Origin: a virus
Taxonomy: Duplodnaviria > Caudoviricetes
Virus record (IMG/VR): IMGVR_UViG_3300033233_000038
Location: 1 to 62,768 of that record
Length of the DNA stretch: 62,768 bases
Strand: one strand, 5' to 3'
Shown: positions 58,013 to 62,768 of the stretch, piece by piece
Layout: every line of letters starts with the position of its first letter
Numbering within the stretch: position 1 is the first letter of the stretch
Position numbers and translations under genes: made by a program
The notes under the pieces: generated by a model
Told to the model about the DNA's origin: nothing
The model's input: the letters and a program-made list of their open reading frames with translations, nothing else
Databases searched by the model: none

Positions 58013-59363
58013 CTATTTCTTGATCTTGGCTTTCTATATCAGTACCTAACTGAGATATAACAGTATTAAATACCCGCTTTGCCTGATTATTATCGAGCCA
58101 TTTCTTATCTACGGCTTTTCCTAAACCATCAACGAGATTGTTTATTGAATCAATTACGCCTTTATTATCACGTGATACAATAGGAGAAGGAATTATTTTA
58201 AAATTTTTGTTCATATCTTTGTTGAATCCGCTTTTCTTATGAATTATCGCTTGGTCAATTACGAATTTAATAATTCTTTTGATAAAATTTTTAACCGTCT
58301 TTTGCCTAGACTTAAGTTTTTTAAGCGTTGGAAGGCTTGTCTCTAATGCAGAAGCTCTATTTGTCCTTGCGGCTTCGCCAAACCAATGCTCTGGAAATCC
58401 TGACCCGCCTAATATCTGTTGTTTAAACATGCGAGCCTCTTCAGACGCATCATTCGCTTCTAACTTTGGTGTTTCAGATTTCCATGTTATCTTCTCGTTA
58501 TGTGCGCGTATCGAACCTGACTTCGGCATCGCCAATCCTTTAACAAATTCTTCCAATTCTGTTTTATTCATACCTTCACAGGTAATATCCCAAATAAAAG
58601 TATTGAGCAAAAATGCGCGCTCAAGTCTCGCAAACAGAAATTGATCATGTCCGTCGATCCAGTCGCACAAAGTCAATAAATCACTTCTGCCACGCGTAGC
58701 CCCTGTTACCTTATTGATGGTGAAAAAGAAACATCCTCCTGTCAATAATTCGTATGATTTAGAATGTATGTTTTTATCAACATTGATTAAAGCTAAATCT
58801 TTTTCTTCCGTAGAACCAACCGGTCGCCATGTAAGTGTTGTACTGATTTTCGGGTTATTCTTATCTTTTTTTACTTTTAAAATCTTTACTGGATCGATAT
58901 ATCCAAGTTTTACAGCGCCGTTTGCTGAATTAACCCATACGGGAAAACAAAGCTCGCCAAAAATTCCTAATTCAAGGACATCAACATCTAATTCTTCATC
59001 TAAATTATTATCTTCCCAAAAATCTTCTATGAGCTCTAAAACATTTTTATCTTCTGCCGTAAAAGTAAATCCATCGCCAATAACAAAATCTCGTGTAATC
59101 TCTATAATTCGTTTTGCCATAGGATTGGAGTCATAAAGATAAAATGCGATATCCTGCATCCTTTTTTGCGTAAGGATATACAAATCCCTATTCGAAAGTT
59201 GATTAAGCGAACGCCACATGTTGTCATCAGCTGAGCCACCGACCATAGGATATGACTCAGCTATCCTATGCGCTATTTCGATAGATCTTTTTTCTCTTTC
59301 TTTAAAAGAGAGAACTTTATCTCCTACTAATTGCGTTGCCGATTCTATCTTTTCTTTTTTCAT
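57990..59363 (-). CDS. Portal protein
   Basis: Follows TerL; NPMAKRII, FVIGDGF, RGRSDL and GFPEHWFG. Confidence 0.85.
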   Translation of the reverse strand: MKKEKIESATQLVGDKVLSFKEREKRSIEIAHRIAESYPMVGGSADDNMWRSLNQLSNRDLYILTQKRMQDIAFYLYDSNPMAKRIIEITRDFVIGDGFTFTAEDKNVLELIEDFWEDNNLDEELDVDVLELGIFGELCFPVWVNSANGAVKLGYIDPVKILKVKKDKNNPKISTTLTWRPVGSTEEKDLALINVDKNIHSKSYELLTGGCFFFTINKVTGATRGRSDLLTLCDWIDGHDQFLFARLERAFLLNTFIWDITCEGMNKTELEEFVKGLAMPKSGSIRAHNEKITWKSETPKLEANDASEEARMFKQQILGGSGFPEHWFGEAARTNRASALETSLPTLKKLKSRQKTVKNFIKRIIKFVIDQAIIHKKSGFNKDMNKNFKIIPSPIVSRDNKGVIDSINNLVDGLGKAVDKKWLDNNQAKRVFNTVISQLGTDIESQDQEIDEEEPES

Positions 59364-60958
59364 GTAAATATGCTAATCCTTTCAATCCTGCGTTCGCCTA
59401 TAACAGCGGCAGCGGAAGCAGGTTTAGTTATATTTTTCTCAACTGTCCTTATTACTTTCCCTTCTGTATCAAGTATTTCTTCACCTGGGTCTAATCCTAC
59501 AACGACACCCGCGGCCTTAACTCGCGGAAAAAGATAATTGACTCCATATTCAGCGGCGTTAACAACATGTGTCGCCCAGTTATCGATATGATCTTGCCCT
59601 GACTTATCTAAAGTGATACTTTTCATAGCTTTTGCAAAGTCAACACAGGTAGAATCATTCGATATATTGAACTGAGGCCGCCCATTGATATATCTTTTAA
59701 GGCATGATTTCATGCACTTTATCTTTTCATCGTTTGTTAATTCACTGGTATTAATATCAATGGCTCCGTTAGAAACTTTTTTATATTCCTCTATGACAGA
59801 AGTTTTCGTAAGCCGGCTGCGTTTTGTGCCTGACTTATCACCAACGAAGATAATATCTTTAATTTCCATATTATAGTGTATCGCATCTAAGCATTTTAAA
59901 AATTCAAGATATAATTCAGACGTAAGCATATCTTTGAATATTTTATAATATATAAAAAATAATCTATTCTCAAAATCTTTCTGCGAGAATAAGAATACTT
60001 CTCCATCAAGGCCAAAATCCATAAAACAATATACTTTTGATTTAGGGTTAAGATATACTTTGTGCCCTAATAAATGTATTCTATCATCATATTCTGCATA
60101 GGACCTATTTATTTTTGCCTTATCATATCCTATCTCCAATTCCTGTGCTATCTCTTGTTCATTCATTGAAGAAGTTTTTCTCTTATACCATTCATCATTT
60201 TTTTCTGGGTGTTCTTTCCAATGAAAACTCATATGGATAAAAGTCGAATTTTTCATTTCCTTGATTTCAGCAAATTTATTATTTTCATTTGCTTTTGGCG
60301 GTGTCGATACAAGGCATAGTGCCCGTGTTGCATTTCGCACACCCTTATACATATCATCAAGGCACTCAATAAACGCCGCCTCATCGATAAAAATAAATTT
60401 ATATTGGCTGTCTCTTCCAGCATTAGGATTCGCTGATTCGCCTTTGATGACTGAATTCATCGATGGGACGGAAAACGTAAGGTAAGGATTATGTATCTGC
60501 GGTTTCAAAAAAGGTGGTAAGCGTTGATACATAAAAGATAACCGGCCATGCAAAGAATGATAGGTATTTCCTGTATCTTGGACTTCTGTTTCTTTTCTAG
60601 AGATATTGAGCGCAGTAAAACCTTTTACATAGAGATTATTATGCAACTCCCACCCCATGATTGTCCATGTCACGCCCATCTCCCTTGATTTATCGATGAA
60701 GAGATCTTCCAATTTATCTAATTGATTCAATAAACGAATCTCATGATCCCATAAGATAAAAGGTACAATAGACGGTGTTTTATTGGGATCAAACGCCCAT
60801 AGATAATTATTGAACCAATATATCTTATCTTCGATACAGCGCCGATATTCTTTAATCTGCCATCTCCTAGCTTCCTCTGGCGCTCTATTCGCAATCTCTG
60901 CCTTCCATTCTATTCTTTCAGCCTTCTTGATTATCTCCATCAGAAATCTCCTCTGCAC
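59360..60958 (-). CDS. terL: Terminase large subunit
   Basis: KSREMGVTW, FIDEAAF, VSTP, AQELE and MDFG. Confidence 0.9.
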   Translation of the reverse strand: MQRRFLMEIIKKAERIEWKAEIANRAPEEARRWQIKEYRRCIEDKIYWFNNYLWAFDPNKTPSIVPFILWDHEIRLLNQLDKLEDLFIDKSREMGVTWTIMGWELHNNLYVKGFTALNISRKETEVQDTGNTYHSLHGRLSFMYQRLPPFLKPQIHNPYLTFSVPSMNSVIKGESANPNAGRDSQYKFIFIDEAAFIECLDDMYKGVRNATRALCLVSTPPKANENNKFAEIKEMKNSTFIHMSFHWKEHPEKNDEWYKRKTSSMNEQEIAQELEIGYDKAKINRSYAEYDDRIHLLGHKVYLNPKSKVYCFMDFGLDGEVFLFSQKDFENRLFFIYYKIFKDMLTSELYLEFLKCLDAIHYNMEIKDIIFVGDKSGTKRSRLTKTSVIEEYKKVSNGAIDINTSELTNDEKIKCMKSCLKRYINGRPQFNISNDSTCVDFAKAMKSITLDKSGQDHIDNWATHVVNAAEYGVNYLFPRVKAAGVVVGLDPGEEILDTEGKVIRTVEKNITKPASAAAVIGERRIERISIFT

Positions 60959-61418
60959 TTAACATTTTTCGTTCTCTTTCAGATTGTTTTACTCCACCCA
61001 TAAGAAAAACTTCCAAACGCATTAACTTATCAAGATGATTAATGTTTGGCTTATTCAACAAATTCCCTTGTTCTATTTGTTCACTAAATAAATTTACTGC
61101 CTTACGAATAGTCTCAACCATTTTCATCCTGCGTTCTTCAAGGAGCACATTATACTTTTCTGAAATCTTATCTTGGAATATTGTAAGACGATAATGAAGT
61201 GGCTTAATACCTCTATTTTCATCACCCTCTGAAAAGTACCGCTTCGCTGTCTCAAAACATACATTCGCTTTCTTTGCTGCTTTTGTTATGGGATCGCCAT
61301 TCGCTAAATAAGTAAATAACTCATCAACTTTTTCTTGTGGTAATGAATTCCTGAATCCATACGGTTTTTTTGGCTTCGGTTTTTTTAAATTCTCTAACGA
61401 TTTTGGATTAATCATCAA
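60918..61418 (-). CDS. Terminase small subunit (putative)
   Basis: NPKSLENLK, HTH (ITKAAKKANV) and position before TerL. Confidence 0.7.
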   Translation of the reverse strand: MMINPKSLENLKKPKPKKPYGFRNSLPQEKVDELFTYLANGDPITKAAKKANVCFETAKRYFSEGDENRGIKPLHYRLTIFQDKISEKYNVLLEERRMKMVETIRKAVNLFSEQIEQGNLLNKPNINHLDKLMRLEVFLMGGVKQSERERKMLSAEEISDGDNQEG

Positions 61419-61717
61419 TGCGCCTCTTTCTTTCTTACCATAAATTCAATGACACCCGTACGCTTATCAGCTCCAGAGTTAAACGTACAATAAAAAAACA
61501 AGGTAAACTGCCCTACAACTAAAGGTGTATATTTATATTGTAATTGTGTGCCTGATATAGTTGCGGAAGTTTCAGTTAACGTCGCTGAAGTGCCTCCTAT
61601 TTTCCATATCTGCACTTTTGCGCTTCCTGAATCCGGTGTCTGCGCTACGCTGTCTATTTTGAATGTTCCTCGAAATGTTACATCATCAGCTACATAATAT
61701 TGATTAACTCTATTCAT
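61415..61717 (-). CDS. Small beta-sandwich protein, putative virion component
   Basis: 100-aa beta-rich ORF between the giant Ser protein and TerS. Confidence 0.6.
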   Translation of the reverse strand: MNRVNQYYVADDVTFRGTFKIDSVAQTPDSGSAKVQIWKIGGTSATLTETSATISGTQLQYKYTPLVVGQFTLFFYCTFNSGADKRTGVIEFMVRKKEAH

Positions 61718-61734
61718 TTATTTTACTCCTTTCA

Positions 61735-62768
61735 TTAATTTCCTTCTACAAATTTATACAAAGAAGTTTCATCAACAAACTCATATGAATAAGTATCCTC
61801 AGTAAAATCATACGAAAATGTTTCATCTTTAAAATTTACTAATTTTCTAAATAATGACGCTGATGAGGATGAACTTGAAGAACTTTTAGAACTACTTGAA
61901 CTTAATGAACTGCTAGAACTAGAAGAACTTGACGAAATAATTGAACTACTAGAAGATGAACTACTTGAACGGCAAGAACTACTAGAACTGCTTGAGCTTC
62001 GTGAGCTGCTGGAAGAACTAGACCTGCTCGAACTGCTTGAGCTTGATGAACGACAAGAGCTGCTAGAGCTGCTTGAGCTTCGTGAGCTGCTGGAAGAACT
62101 AGACCTGCTCGAACTGCTTGAGCTCGATGAACGGCAAGAGCTGCTGGAACTGCTTGAGCTTCGTGAGCTGCTTGAAGAACTAGACCTGCTTGAACTGCTT
62201 GAGCTTGATGAACGACAAGAGCTGCTGGAGCTGCTTGAGCTTTGTGAACTGCTGGAAGAACTAGACCTGCTTGAACTGCTTGAGCTTGATGAACGACAAG
62301 AGCTGCTGGAGCTGCTTGAGCTTCGTGAACTGCTTGAAGAACTAGACCTGCTTGAACTGCTTGAGCTTGATGAACGACATGAACTGCTGGAACTGCTTGA
62401 GCTTCGTGAGCTGCTGGAAGAACTAGACCTGCTCGAACTGCTTGAGCTTGATGAACGACATGAGCTGCTGGAACTGCTTGAGCTTCGTGAGCTGCTTGAA
62501 GAACTAGACCTGCTTGAACTGCTTGAGCTCGATGAACGACAAGAGCTGCTGGAGCTGCTTGAGCTTCGTGAGCTGCTAGAAGAACTAGACCTGCTTGAAC
62601 TGCTTGAGCTTCGTGAGCTGCTAGAAGAACTAGACCTGCTTGAACTGCTTGAGCTTCGTGAGCTGCTAGAAGAACTAGACCTGCTTGAACTGCTTGAAGA
62701 ACTAGAACTTCTTGAGCTTGATGAACTGCTTGAACTTCGTGAACTGCTGGAAGAACTTTGTATACTTG
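61735..62768 (-). CDS. Giant Ser-repeat putative virion protein, C-terminal part
   Basis: About 300 codons of Ser/Cys/Arg, then LFRKLVNFKDETFSYDFTEDTYSYEFVDETSLYKFVEGN*. In frame with 1-1784 across the 127-nt overlap. Confidence 0.85.
   Translation of the reverse strand, partial: SIQSSSSSSRSSSSSSSSRSSSSSSSSSRSSSSSSSRSSSSSSRSSSSSSSRSSSSSSRSSSSSSSRSSSSSSSSCRSSSSSSSSRSSSSSSSRSSSSSSSSCRSSSSSSSSRSSSSSSSRSSSSSSSSCRSSSSSSSSRSSSSSSSRSSSSSSSSCRSSSSSSSSRSSSSSSSQSSSSSSSSCRSSSSSSSSRSSSSSSSRSSSSSSSSCRSSSSSSSSRSSSSSSSRSSSSSSSSCRSSSSSSSSRSSSSSSSRSSSSSSSSCRSSSSSSSSSIISSSSSSSSSSLSSSSSKSSSSSSSSASLFRKLVNFKDETFSYDFTEDTYSYEFVDETSLYKFVEGN
61861..62768. repeat. 81-bp tandem repeat array (seven full units 62030-62596) and terminal overlap
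   Basis: Units start at 62030, 62111, 62192, 62273, 62354, 62435 and 62516; 62642-62768 is identical to 244-370. Confidence 0.95.

Noticed and set aside
62030-62596. Regularly spaced repeats suggesting a CRISPR array
   Set aside because: No unique spacers; variation is almost all synonymous within a coding repeat; no cas genes.

Overview
The window looks like an essentially complete ~62.5 kb genome of a tailed dsDNA phage, probably with a long non-contractile tail (no sheath gene recognised). It is opened inside an unresolved serine-codon repeat array: the last 127 nt (62642-62768) equal 244-370. Divergent sigma70-type promoters at ~14.67-14.93 kb split it into two arms. The + strand arm (14.9-35.6 kb) holds early and replication genes: DUF932, ParB-like protein, RNase H, SNF2 helicase, primase-helicase, a tRNA-Met(CAT), an Imm-like gene, two hammerhead ribozymes and two repeat-rich candidate origins. 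The - strand arm reads GroES, then a ~11.7 kb sugar-biosynthesis/glycosyltransferase/methyltransferase cluster, then a giant Ser-repeat protein crossing the contig ends, then terminase, portal, capsid, tail and lysis genes. The most striking feature is that six virion-module proteins carry (Ser)n-Cys-Arg-(Ser)n tracts and lie on the same apparent transcription unit as the glycan cluster. I infer a phage-encoded virion glycosylation system with dedicated poly-Ser acceptor tags. No integrase, DNA polymerase, reverse transcriptase or CRISPR array was recognised. All product calls come from motif recognition by eye, without database searches.
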